Assembly: GCF_001194135.2 (NCBI RefSeq)
Contig: NC_068990.1
Coordinates: 87,692,844 to 87,754,483, forward strand
Reading direction: 5' to 3'
Source: Octopus bimaculoides
Taxonomy: Eukaryota
DNA: 61,640 nucleotides
This document shows positions 23,569 to 36,865 of the stretch, piece by piece; position 1 is the first letter of the stretch, and each line of letters opens with the position of its first letter. The translations under genes were made by a program, and so were the position numbers. The notes below the pieces were generated by a model. It was not told where the DNA came from and made no database searches. It saw nothing but the letters and a program-made list of their open reading frames with translations.

Positions 23569-23974
23569 ATAGAGGTCAAAGTGAATGGATAAATGGTTCA
23601 ATAGACATTGTAACGACGTTGAATGCATTTCTACCAAAGTACATCTTTCAGTATATTCTAATAATGAAAAGTACTACGAAAAATTCTTTACAAAACTGAG
23701 CAAAGGGTCGCATGCTTGACATTCAGTCCTAGAAACTTGCACGGTCTCTATTTCCAGTTTTATAGGGAGCTTTTGTGTGCATGGAGGGAGACTTGTTTGC
23801 TAGGTTGAACAGGCTGAGTTTTTATTAAAAGCCCAACTATCAACTCATACAGTGCCTCTTCTGAGTCTAACGGGGGAGCTTGTAGGGGAAGATTTGACTG
23901 TCAGAATTACTTCATGAGCCACCGCAGAAACACTCCTTGTTCGTGTTACTGTTGTTATTGTGGCTTGTCAGATT

Positions 23975-24124
23975 GCTGCAACTGTTGTTGTTGTTGTTGT
24001 TGTTGTGTTGTTGTTGTTGATGTTGTTGTTGCTGTTGATGTTGTTGTTGCTCAGATGTTGCAATTGTTGCGCTTATTGATGGTGTTGTATGCCCTGTTAT
24101 ATTTGTACAGCTTTGAATAGACCC

Positions 24125-24167
<43 letters not shown>

Positions 24168-24210
24168 ATGATGTGGGGTGATGATGATGATGGTGATGAT
24201 GATAGTGATG
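23975..24210. repeat. Degenerate (GTT)n, (GCT)n, (GAT)n tract
   Basis: Visible. Confidence 0.85.
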
Positions 24211-25168
24211 ACATTGTAAAGATAGTGTTTGTACTATTGAGGGAAGCAAAGAAGATGTGCAAATATAGAGAGTTAACGGAATATATATATATANNNNNNN
24301 NNNNNNNNNNNNNNNNNNNNNNNNNNNNNNNNNNNNNNNNNNNNNNNNNNNNNNNNNNNNNNNNNNNNNNNNNNNNNNNNNNNNNNNNNNNNNNNNNNNN
24401 NNNNNNNNNNNNNNNNNNNNNNNNNNNNNNNNNNNNNNNNNNNNNNNNNNNNNNNNNNNNNNNNNNNNNNNNNNNNNNNNNNNNNNNNNNNNNNNNNNNN
24501 NNNNNNNNNNNNNNNNNNNNNNNNNNNNNNNNNNNNNNNNNNNNNNNNNNNNNNNNNNNNNNNNNNNNNNNNNNNNNNNNNNNNNNNNNNNNNNNNNNNN
24601 NNNNNNNNNNNNNNNNNNNNNNNNNNNNNNNNNNNNNNNNNNNNNNNNNNNNNNNNNNNNNNNNNNNNNNNNNNNNNNNNNNNNNNNNNNNNNNNNNNNN
24701 NNNNNNNNNNNNNNNNNNNNNNNNNNNNNNNNNNNNNNNNNNNNNNNNNNNNNNNNNNNNNNNNNNNNNNNNNNNNNNNNNNNNNNNNNNNNNNNNNNNN
24801 NNNNNNNNNNNNNNNNNNNNNNNNNNNNNNNNNNNNNNNNNNNNNNNNNNNNNNNNNNNNNNNNNNNNNNNNNNNNNNNNNNNNNNNNNNNNNNNNNNNN
24901 NNNNNNNNNNNNNNNNNNNNNNNNNNNNNNNNNNNNNNNNNNNNNNNNNNNNNNNNNNNNNNNNNNNNNNNNNNNNNNNNNNNNNNNNNNNNNNNNNNNN
25001 NNNNNNNNNNNNNNNNNNNNNNNNNNNNNNNNNNNNNNNNNNNNNNNNNNNNNNNNNNNNNNNNNNNNNNNNNNNNNNNNNNNNNNNNNNNNNNNNNNNN
25101 NNNNNNNNNNNNNNNNNNNGCAGGGAATGTTGGAGAAGCAGGCTTCTGCTAATCCCTGTATATTTATG

Positions 25169-25210
<42 letters not shown>

Positions 25211-25384
25211 TTACAGCGACATTGACACACTCACGTATATAAAGAATGCTAATAAAGTGGAAAACGTAAAGATAGAGGAAGAGAGGAAGGAAGGAATGAA
25301 GGAAGGAAGGAAGGAAGAAAGGAAGGAGCAAACAAACCAACAAACAAAGATGAGCCAAGTTTTCTTCTGGTACTCTTTTTAACA

Positions 25385-25735
25385 CCCAAAAAATTGGTTT
25401 AAAGAACAACAGCAACAAGAAAAAAAAACAGTGAGAACACCACCACCAACAACAACAACAATAAGAAGAACATTAACTACCACAACAACAACAATAACAA
25501 CAACGGTAATGTTAGAGTAAGATCAAGAGTAAGAAGAACAACAAGAATATTAAAAAAAGATAAAATCGAACAACAATTACGATGGAAACAGCACAGAGTA
25601 ACAACAGCAACAACCACAGCAACACTAAAGAGTAGTAACAACAATAGCAACGTGACAACACTAACAACAAGTATAACAACAACGTTAGCAACACTTAGAG
25701 GAGTAACAACAACAACAACAACAACAACAACACCA
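25385..25735. repeat. Degenerate (AAC)n low-complexity tract
   Basis: Visible. Confidence 0.85.
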
Positions 25736-26873
25736 AAGCTAGATACAACGATAACACTGACACCGATCTACACATGGGAAGCCCCTATGTGGTTGCGAGA
25801 GATGCTAGAAATATCAGTCAAGTTTTCATAGAATTGGAACCATCTATCGTCGTAGAAGTGAATGCATTTAACAATGGGTTCTGAAGAAATAGTAACAAAA
25901 AAAAAGAAAACGGTAAAATAGAATAAGATTAAAATCGGAAAGGTCACGGATGGAACGCCTCTCATCATAGGTCTGTTCTGTCAGGGTTGACCTATGGCTA
26001 AACAACAGGAATAAAATATAAAAGAAAACAAGACAAAACACAATGCTGGTAGCAGTGGTGGTGGTGGTGGTGGTGGTGGTGGTGGTNNNNNNNNNNNNNN
26101 NNNNNNNNNNNNNNNNNNNNNNNNNNNNNNNNNNNNNNNNNNNNNNNNNNNNNNNNNNNNNNNNNNNNNNNNNNNNNNNNNNNNNNNNNNNNNNNNNNNN
26201 NNNNNNNNNNNNNNNNNNNNNNNNNNNNNNNNNNNNNNNNNNNNNNNNNNNNNNNNNNNNNNNNNNNNNNNNNNNNNNNNNNNNNNNNNNNNNNNNNNNN
26301 NNNNNNNNNNNNNNNNNNNNNNNNNNNNNNNNNNNNNNNNNNNNNNNNNNNNNNNNNNNNNNNNNNNNNNNNNNNNNNNNNNNNNNNNNNNNNNNNNNNN
26401 NNNNNNNNNNNNNNNNNNNNNNNNNNNNNNNNNNNNNNNNNNNNNNNNNNNNNNNNNNNNNNNNNNNNNNNNNNNNNNNNNNNNNNNNNNNNNNNNNNNN
26501 NNNNNNNNNNNNNNNNNNNNNNNNNNNNNNNNNNNNNNNNNNNNNNNNNNNNNNNNNNNNNNNNNNNNNNNNNNNNNNNNNNNNNNNNNNNNNNNNNNNN
26601 NNNNNNNNNNNNNNNNNNNNNNNNNNNNNNNNNNNNNNNNNNNNNNNNNNNNNNNNNNNNNNNNNNNNNNNNNNNNNNNNNNNNNNNNNNNNNNNNNNNN
26701 NNNNNNNNNNNNNNNNNNNNNNNNNNNNNNNNNNNNNNNNNNNNNNNNNNNNNNNNNNNNNNNNNNNNNNNNNNNNNNNNNNNNNNNNNNNNNNNNNNNN
26801 NNNNNNNNNNNNNNNNNNNNNNNNNNNNNNNNNNNNNNNNNNNNNNNNNNNNNNNNNNNNNNNNNNNNNNNNN

Positions 26874-26943
<70 letters not shown>

Positions 26944-27315
26944 TCCCACACACATATACATACATATTTGCGTATATAAATGCATGTAAACTTTGATGTA
27001 TGCATGAAATGGGTAGATATAATTTAGCAATGCTAGTGTCTTCACAGACTGAATTACACACACATACACACGCACGCACACACACACACACACACACACA
27101 TGCAATCGTTTATACATATATGAATTGCTACATATGCACACAAGTATACGGACGCAAGTGCATGCACTCACTTGCACACATGTGCACACACACACTGCAT
27201 CAAAAATATGCCTTAATTTTTTTGCATTTTTGCATATGTTTATCCATGTGAAGATGTGTGTGCATGCGTGCTTCTGTCTGCGCTTGTGTGCATTGTGTGT
27301 GTGTGCATTGTGTGT

Positions 27316-27396
<81 letters not shown>

Positions 27397-27499
27397 GGAG
27401 GCAAGCGATGACATTGGAGTAAAACAGGGGTATGGCACCGGATTTGAGATTCTGAACCAATATTTTCTCTTTTTTCTTTTCTTAAGCAGATTACACCAC

Positions 27500-27529
27500 C
27501 ACTACCAACGCCACCTCCATCACCATCAA

Positions 27530-27569
<40 letters not shown>

Positions 27570-27762
27570 GTCGTCGCAGTCATCATCATCGTCATCATGG
27601 TCATCATCATCATCAGCAGCAGCAGCATCATCGTCATCAGCATCATCATCATCACCATCGTCATGGTCATCATCGTCATCGTCATCATCATCATTATCAT
27701 CATCATCATCGACATGGTCATCATCATCATCATCATCAGCATCATCATCATCGTCATCGTCG

Positions 27763-27800
<38 letters not shown>

Positions 27801-28032
27801 GTCATCATCATCATCATCATCATCATCGTCATCATCATCATCATCACCAACGTCATCGTCATCATCATCATCATCATCGTCATCGTCATCGTCATCATCA
27901 TCATCATCATCGTCATCATCATCACCATGGTCATGGTCACCATCATCATCACATGTACAATAAAATCAACACCATTATCACAACCATCACCGCTGCCACC
28001 ACCACCACCACCACCACCACCACCACCACTAC
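27500..28032. repeat. Interrupted (CAT)n array followed by (CAC)n
   Basis: Visible; source of the 320-aa His-rich ORF. Confidence 0.95.
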
Positions 28033-28364
28033 CTTCCCAATTTTTACCAACACCATCATTACCACAATGACATATACTATGCCATAGATGTACTCCGTAA
28101 AGAGACACTGTCTTCTTGTATTGCGTTCTTTCTTTTTGTTTTGTTTTTGTTTCTTTTTGGGTTTTTTTCTCCAGTAAACTTTTCCTACTTCCATTCCACT
28201 TCGCAAAGGGATTCGTGTCTCGGATTCTCACTGCATTCTACGCTCTGCTCTGTCTCAATGGTGCCAACGGAAACCAGTACGGCAGAAGAAGAAAATGACT
28301 GTCTCTATACAATGGACACGTCCACCCAAAAACTTTATCCTTCTGTGCTTTTTGCAGATGACGT

Positions 28365-28391
28365 CGCTGCTGCCGCCGCCGCCGCCGCTGC

Positions 28392-28454
<63 letters not shown>

Positions 28455-28455
28455 C

Positions 28456-28496
<41 letters not shown>

Positions 28497-28505
28497 CGAC
28501 GATGA
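28365..28505. repeat. (GCC)n-(GCT)n-(GAT)n
   Basis: Visible. Confidence 0.95.
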
Positions 28506-29623
28506 GAAGGAGGGGAAGGAAGAGTAACAAAAGTAGCAGCAGCTGAAGAAGGGACGGAGCGGGGAGAGGTCGACGCTGCTGCTAATAATAATCTTATATA
28601 ATGTATAAATTTATATACTTTAAATAATTTCATATAATGTATAAGTGTGTGTGTCGAGAGAGAAACAGAGACAGAGAGAAAGAGAAACAGACAGAGACAG
28701 ACAGAGACAGACAGACACACGCACACATACAGATACATAGATATACATACACACAAATATATTGAGAATTCATTCTGTTGCTACTCAGTGTTTCGCACAC
28801 GTGTGCGTGACCATGCAACTCTGCATGAGTTGTACTGTAAGAAAGAGATGTGGTAAGGAGTTTTCGGGGACACCATTGGTTAAGATCGGTCAGCTGGTTG
28901 GTTGGAGGAGTTGTACTCATATTTGACGTATTCTTATCAGGGATAACTACTCTCCGCTACTTATCGCATATTGATTAGCCAAGCGTGACATTTATCCAGA
29001 AAGATTTTTTTTAAGATGACGGAAAATGGATATTTTCTATCTCCTGCTCAACAGCAAAATCGTTAGCTGCTTCAGGAAATCGAATGATTCCCTTAAGCAG
29101 AGCCTGCAGTTTCGTGTTCCATCATTAAATAGTTTAATTTAATCATGATATTTCATGTTCTGGGAGCACGTTCCGTTATGCAGTCCTGGATTTTCGAAAC
29201 AAATTATGAGCAAAGAGAAAAGATCTTGACGCCCAAATCTGAATAAGTATAAACGTTTGTAGTATCAACACTTAAATGTGTTTGCGGTAAGTCTCGTTTA
29301 GTTTCCTTTGATAGCAATACTAAGTGTTATAATTGTTCTGTATATCACCGCTTTGAAGAGCTACAATTATCTACGTAGGCAGGTGATAGAAGTTCAGCTG
29401 TTACAAGTTAATTTTTTGTGGCAGGACTTGTTTTAAGTTAAGTTAAACTTTCTGAGAAGCAATAATATCCATACATGAATAGTTGATCTTTAAGTTATTT
29501 GTAATTAAGTGTTTCTTGTGTTTGTGTATTGCTGGAAAATGTTGTCTTACTGGAGACAGGAATTTCCGGCTTCATTGAAGATTACATTCGTGCTGTGAGT
29601 TTGCTAAAATTCTTTCTGTCTTC

Positions 29624-29683
<60 letters not shown>

Positions 29684-30035
29684 NNNNNNNNNNNNNNNNN
29701 NNNNNNNNNNNNNNNNNNNNNNNNNNNNNNNNNNNNNNNNNNNNNNNNNNNNNNNNNNNNNNNNNNNNNNNNNNNNNNNNNNNNNNNNNNNNNNNNNNNN
29801 NNNNNNNNNNNNNNNNNNNNNNNNNNNNNNNNNNNNNNNNNNNNNNNNNNNNNNNNNNNNNNNNNNNNNNNNNNNNNNNNNNNNNNNNNNNNNNNNNNNN
29901 NNNNNNNNNNNNNNNNNNNNNNNNNNNNNNNNNNNNTATATATATACATATACATATATTATAATTTAGAACAAACAGTAAGTTGTCATTATATTACTCG
30001 GAGTTTCGAATGTTGTTGTTACTACTTATTATTCC

Positions 30036-30090
<55 letters not shown>

Positions 30091-30362
30091 GTAAGTAACA
30101 CACCTCCCACCGCCACTCACACTGATCATTTCAGTTGTCCACGCCCCTTCCCAAGAACCCTATTTTACTCTCTACATTCCTGTAGGTCAACCTACAAATA
30201 GTTTAAAGAACAGCCCACCGAAAATAACAACCTGATTTGATTCTTCTCATACACACAGAGAGACGGATAGACAGAGAGCCAAAAGGAAAATATTGCACAA
30301 GGTAACACTTATGAATTAAATGGAAACCAGACAGTAAGACAGAAACACAGATAGCAGACAGA

Positions 30363-30395
<33 letters not shown>

Positions 30396-30707
30396 ACACA
30401 CAAACCCAATTATACACAACGCATGCAGACATGCTCAACCCCTCATCAGTTGTCAACCAATATCACCACGATTTCGAAACCTTCCGACAATATAGTTCAA
30501 TTTGACCGTGTACGGAACAAAATTTCCAGGAGCATAAATGAACGTCCATGATCGACGAAGAAAGATAGAAACATGAGACAATTTCGATAACAAGAAAAGA
30601 TGAGGTCAGCAGACCAACGAAAGAAAAAAATGAAAATAAGCGAACACAGTATCAGAAAAAAATACTAAAACGACACAGAGAGATATTCGTATAATGCATA
30701 TGCACGG

Positions 30708-30767
30708 TATCGATCAATCGATCAATCAATCTATCGATCAATCTATCGATCAATCGATCGATCGATC

Positions 30768-30827
<60 letters not shown>
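30708..30827. repeat. (ATCA/ATCT)n-(GATC)n-(GATA)n tetranucleotide tract
   Basis: Visible. Confidence 0.93.
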
Positions 30828-30828
<1 letters not shown>

Positions 30829-31480
30829 GTTTATTGCTGTCTATTTTGACTCATTTAAAGACTGTAAGAAAGGATAGGTTAAAGCGAAAGATAGGAACAG
30901 AGATTCTACATTTTAGAGGTAGAGTGAATGTTGAATGTGATATAGCCTCTATGCATATATGTTATAAAGTGAGAGTGGAAGACAGAGTTAGTGTGTCTGT
31001 CTGTGACAGGGAGCTAGAGAGGAGAAAGACGAAATAAGAGGTATTTCTATCTATCTATCTATCTGTTTATCTATCAATCTGTTTATTTATCTATCTATCT
31101 ATTTATCTATCTATACACACACAGACACAGACAGAAAGAGAGAGAGAGAGAAAGAGGGGAGGGAGAAAGAGAGTTATTGTATAACAAAATAGCAAGTTGG
31201 AAAATTTATTGGTATTATTTATGCACTATTACACATGTTTCATTTGCTAATAGGAATTACAGAGTTTTATGTTTGATAAAAATGTAAGGAATTTCCTGTT
31301 AGAAATTCTTCAGTCAGAGAAATTAAATAATACAAATCTTACATTTGGATGAAGCGTTTATATCTAGTTAGTAATCAGGAGCAATATCGATGGTTATTAC
31401 CCTACATACTACTTAATATCTATCTATATAATGTATGCGCGCACACGTACACACACACACACACACACGCACACACACAA

Positions 31481-31512
<32 letters not shown>

Positions 31513-31889
31513 ACACACACACACGTAAAGACATATGGTTTACCAGCTGCATATCTGTGGGGCGATGGTCATTTTTAGATTTCCTTGCACTCCTGTTGTT
31601 TTCAGATCAAAGATGTCTAATCACCTGAAAAAATGAAATAACTGTTGTTAGAGAATTGGTTCACAACATATTTATTAATATATTTGGATTAGTTTAAATA
31701 TCATAACATCGTGAAATCAGGGAGTGTTTTTGTGGATAACCTGTATATATATATATATATATATGTATATAAGCACACACACATAAATATATGTATGTAT
31801 GCAATGTGTGTGTGTGACAGAAGTAGCTTTTGTACGAATATTACTTAAAACATCCAACTTAGCCTGGATGTATTGTTTATAACGCCGTT

Positions 31890-32230
31890 GACTGCGGTGA
31901 ATGCCCCGAAAAATCATTTCGTGTAGACGACAAACGCTAAAAGGCATCGAAATTCTATCAGTTGAGTAAATTTTGTCAACGTCGGTGGATGATACTACTG
32001 TTTTTACAGATCATCAGCATTAGGAAGTCAAGCACCTGGCTGAATTTCGATGATTCTATCATTTGTCGTCGGCTTGAAATGATTTTATCAGATTGTTCAC
32101 CGCAGTCTATGGCGTAACGCATCCAGCTTAAGTTAGATGCGCTAATCAATCTTTTCCAGTTTTTTGTCACCATCGTGTGCATCATCGGGTATGGCAATAT
32201 CTAAAATCTTGGTTTCCTTCTTCCTTTTAT
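31890..32230 (+). mobile_element. Probable L1/Tx1-clade RT relic
   Basis: TLKGIEILSVE*ILSTSVDDTTVF (cf. LKGI...KLSQYADDTT.F), then GLK*...SLWR and KILG-like blocks in shifted frames. Confidence 0.45.
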
Positions 32231-32999
32231 TAATCACTTAGTCGCACTGGATTGTAAAATCCCACAAGATATTACATTTAATAGTTTATGTTTGTATCGT
32301 TTCCGTGCTCTTTCAAGACCATACTTCTAACACAAATTATCGTGGCTCCTTTTGTATTCCTCTTGGGCCAGTTTGCTACACTCACTCACAATATGTGAGA
32401 TTGTTCGTTTTTGTTGCCACACAACCTACAAAGAGGTGATTCAGTGCTCTTATCTATGGAACTTGGAGTATAATTAGTTCTCAGAGCTTGTTACTAGGCG
32501 CTTCATATCAATGCTTCAATACATCCTGATCCACAGTATGTCGAAAAATTACAGAATTACTGAAGAAACATTTCCAGTGATGGCTGCTGAAAAAAGCACA
32601 ATAGTAAAGTGGGCACGAACTTAATATAGTGAACCACCAAAATTTATTCAATAAAAATTGCTGCCACGATAAGGAGACAACGCATTACCTTAAAAAGAGT
32701 AATTCTTATTGAGAAAAGTTTGGGAGAGAACTCTGGAAGTTAAAATATTCAAAACGTATTTTAAAAAATGCAGCAAATTTCAGTGGTGCAGCTGGTTTTG
32801 AAAATGCAATGACAACCAAAACTAACAAGTTTAATTACTGATCGTACTTTTCTGTTTTGTTTACCTTTCATACGCTCGTACACCCACGTACGTACACATG
32901 CACACACACACACACACACACACACGCACGTTCACACTCTCACACAAGACAACACATGTGTGCGGACGCACACACTCACACACACACTTCCTCAACTGC

Positions 33000-33560
33000 T
33001 TTGTTTATTTAACTAGCTAACATGCCTATCGAGTTGAACTTTTGTCCATCCAACATCTGAACAACTAACCAATTGCAGTTGCCACAATCTCCACGCCTTA
33101 TCTCTCTCCCTTTCCCATTTTAAAGATGAGCTGTTGGTAATTCAGCCTTTCTCGTGTTTTTTCTTGGATGTTTTTCTTACTTTGACAGACCACATCAATA
33201 ATCCATATCTTGCTGTTGGTCGATATTCTCAAAAATTACTTCTGGCCGCCTGACAGTGATGGATTTAGGCGTGTGCAACTAAAACTCCAAACAGTTTCTT
33301 TTCCTCGTTCTCCAACCTGATATGTCTTTCAATATCCCGTTTAATTTTACAACGAATGTTTTCCAACCACTCCGCTTTGTTTTGTCTAAACTAACCACTT
33401 GGACAACCAATGCCTTGTTAATCAAATCTTTAACCAGCAATATTTTGTGTCCAGGGAGCAAATGATTAACTTCTTTTCTCTTTATCTTACACATCCTGTA
33501 CATTTCTGATAGCTTTTCCGCCCCTTTCAGTTGTTTCCGCGCTCTTGTTTACACCAAAAT
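33000..33560 (-). mobile_element. R4/Dong- or NeSL-type C-terminal fragment: zinc knuckle + restriction-like endonuclease
   Basis: YRMCKIKRKEVNHLLPGH (CCHC-like), RRPEVIF (RPD-like), KIWIIDVVC, NIQEKTRERLNYQQL, VEIVATAIG; typical RLE-clade C-terminal order. Confidence 0.78.
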
Positions 33561-33629
33561 ATCTGCATTTTATTGCTGGAAGAAGTTTTACTGGAATGTA
33601 AATTATAAATTAATCATTCATAGTTTATT

Positions 33630-33830
33630 TTAATGTTGGTTTCAAATTTTGGCACAGGGTCAGCTATTTCGTGGGGAGGTGGAAAGTCGATTACATTGAC
33701 CCCCAGTGCTCAACTCTTCCTTATATTATTGACCCCCGACGAGATGAAAGGTAAAGTCGAGCTCGGCGGCGTTTGAACTCAAAACGTCAAGTCGGAAGAA
33801 ACGCAGCCAAGCATTGTGTCCGGTGTGCTG
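33630..33830 (-). mobile_element. SINE family D
   Basis: AAGTCGATTACATTGACCCCCAGTGCTCAAC...GATGAAAGGTAAAGTCGAGCTCGGCGGCGTTTGAACTC. Confidence 0.82.
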
Positions 33831-34733
33831 ATATGGGCAATATTAAGAACAGGGATTACAGGGAATCGTGATACACAACTTCTGAGTGTAATTTCCTTTG
33901 TGTAGTGTCATCGTTTCTCAGAGATTATCATAGGAAATGGCTGTCATGTGGAGAAGAGGTAGCACAGGAGTCAAACCTTATGGGTAAACGCCTCAAAAGA
34001 TTTCTTTGTTATCTGACAAATAATCTCAAATGCCCTTATCCATCAGGACTTCGACAGATCCATCTGAAGTCATTGTCCTTCAGTTGGGCGACTTAATGAG
34101 TTCAAAATAGTGATTAATAGCAACTCATTAAACCGAATGAAAAAGACGAATAAATCACTGATCAGTTCTTCCTTTTCTACACAAAAATAGATGGAAGCCT
34201 GTTGTTAATAATTACTTCCTTTATCTGCTTGAGCTAACAAAGGAATCACTATAATGTAGCTTGACCTGCTACAAATAGCAGGTCAATAGAAATTTCCCAA
34301 ATCATATGTCACTGTCCTCAAAAAAAAAAAAAAAAAAAAAGGAAAAAGAACATGGCGTGAACGTTACTTTTGTTTATTGTCGAATGAATATAAAGACTCT
34401 CATCTTACTTTTGTCAGCAGTCTGATAGTTTTCATTGTCGTTAGTTGGTCATATTTTTGTTCTATTCTTTTAGAGACCAACTGTATAAATGTTTACATAG
34501 TCGCTTTGTATTTGTTGATATTGTCCTTTTTGTTTTTTATTTATTTTTTTTATATTTTATATTTGAAGGGTTTGGAGGAAGGAGCTGTGCCCATCATCCC
34601 AAAAGACCCTCCGAGACCAATGAGATTGGTATCATTAACGTTCCGCTGAAGCTTCTTCAAATCGAAACCTGCATTGATGATATGAACAGGTGGTATGCAA
34701 AGATTTCTTGATTCTATGCTATATTAAACTTGG

Positions 34734-34834
<101 letters not shown>

Positions 34835-35444
34835 ACTCCACTAACCGAGCTAACCAACTGCAGTAGCCATACATCGATATCAATAATACATTTCCACTGC
34901 AGTTGCAGCATCTTTGACCAAATGTATGTGTTACCCATCTCAAAATATTGTAAGATTTATAAGAAAATCGTTTATGAATGAACTCACAATACTATCTTTG
35001 CTCTACACATTCTCTACGACTTCGTTGGATAATAGGTTTATTTGGTGTTTGGTTTAATACTACCACCTTGTTTGTACTAGGTCACCAGTTTGACAATAGA
35101 TTTCTCTCTTCCTCCCACTAATCTCAGAATCCTTGTGAAGGGTCACGAAGGCTCCTAAGTGAAAAAAAAATCATCGTGCAACAATTATTTCGCCGTTCAA
35201 TTGTCCAAATATAATTTTGGTATGTTGTTGATGTTTACATCTGGCTATCCTTCAACGAAGACATTCAAACCAGGAGTAACTTGTCTTTTCAAACAATTTA
35301 CTTCAGGCTAAAATATCAAATGTGTCACTCCATTAGCTGCTATTTATAGCTTGTGGTACTAACACGTAGAAGTTTCTGTCATTGTAGCTATTGTTAGAGT
35401 AAGTGGTATGTATTGTCGATGTTTTTGCTTGGGTCAAACAGGAT

Positions 35445-35670
35445 CAAGTAAACCTATCATCAAAGACAATCCAGCCATGAATATCCCATCTATTCTTTCT
35501 CCCGCACAAAAGTAAAACAAGGACATCATTCAGCAGAGTGTCCTTCATATTTTTAAATACAGTAGAAATATGTTGGTTAACGTAGATCTACATAAACCTA
35601 AAGTAGGCTGCCATAAAAAAGAAACTTGGCTACTATTTCTAACCACATCGATCCACCACCTAGAAACTAA
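35445..35670 (+). mobile_element. Interspersed short repeat, family E (TTGGCTGCTATTTCTAGCAGG-type core)
   Basis: Shares layout with 47250-47420; core motif also at about 15868-15925, 37925-37970, 56555-56605 and inverted at 25801-25823, 34255-34310, 36935-37045. Confidence 0.6.
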
Positions 35671-35864
35671 CAGTTGCTTATGAAGAGATCGTTATTCTAG
35701 ATCCATCTCTACCAAGAACACAGAATCTTAACTCCATCTCCCGAATCAGATTATCATTATCATTCCGACGATTCTTACTGCGATAACGTTTCACTATAAT
35801 TATCCATCTGAGCTTTTCCAGAGATTTTTTTTTTTTTTTAGATTTTTTTCTTTTCGCTTTATCA

Positions 35865-35943
<79 letters not shown>

Positions 35944-36089
35944 CATCATCTTCTTTCTTTATGTGCGTGGCGAAGGGATTATCTATCCTATATCTCCAGC
36001 ATAATCAACATGTTATTAATTATATTGGAGGAACATGACCGGAACTCTCTCCCGCAGGGGTTATTTACTGACACGACGCCGTCCACATA

Positions 36090-36107
36090 TATTTCTTTAC
36101 TATATGC

Positions 36108-36170
<63 letters not shown>

Positions 36171-36289
36171 ATATACATTATATAATACATATATAATATA
36201 TATGCATGAGACACATGCACACATATACGATATATATATATGTACACACATACACACACAGACATTATACATGTGCATAAATATCTATA

Positions 36290-36336
<47 letters not shown>

Positions 36337-36460
36337 CACACACACACACACTTTATAATATATTATACCAGCCTATCTACATATAATGAAATATGTATTA
36401 TATATGTATATATAAATTAGAGGTACATACATGTATATCTGTATATGCATGTGTGCGTGT
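36090..36460. repeat. (TA)n/(CA)n-rich tract
   Basis: Visible. Confidence 0.9.
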
Positions 36461-36599
36461 ATATAGATTCCTGTGTTTGTATACGCACAGTCACATAGAT
36501 ATTGCTCAATTATTGCTACTGTTTCAAATGTCTCCTGTATATCGTTTACACGGATTCTCTCAGTATTTGAATCTTCACTGTCATCGTTGTTATTGCTTT

Positions 36600-36601
36600 C
36601 G

Positions 36602-36660
<59 letters not shown>

Positions 36661-36766
36661 GGTGGTGGTCTTCTTCTTCTTCTTCCCTCTTCCCCGTTTC
36701 TTCCCTCTAACCAATACCATCTCCACTACTATCTCACCGCGATCATCATCATCATCATCATCATCA

Positions 36767-36806
<40 letters not shown>

Positions 36807-36810
36807 TGTG

Positions 36811-36849
<39 letters not shown>

Positions 36850-36865
36850 GCGTCGTCGTCATCAT
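36600..36865. repeat. (GTT)n-(GGT)n-(CTT)n...(CAT)n-(CGT)n-(CAT)n
   Basis: Visible. Confidence 0.93.

Noticed and set aside
23912-24262. Q/N/S-rich ORF resembling a transcription-factor low-complexity region
   Set aside because: Built from degenerate (AAC)n/(CAT)n; no domain and no convincing splice boundaries.
9285-27195. Long ORFs (200-409 aa) spanning N runs
   Set aside because: Length is due to X codons from assembly gaps.
28345-28365. LFADDV as an RT active-site motif
   Set aside because: No flanking RT blocks; it runs straight into a triplet microsatellite.
31700-31746. Tc1-like TIR (minus TACAGGTTATCCACAAAAACACTCCCTGATTTC)
   Set aside because: No partner TIR or transposase found nearby; too short to call.
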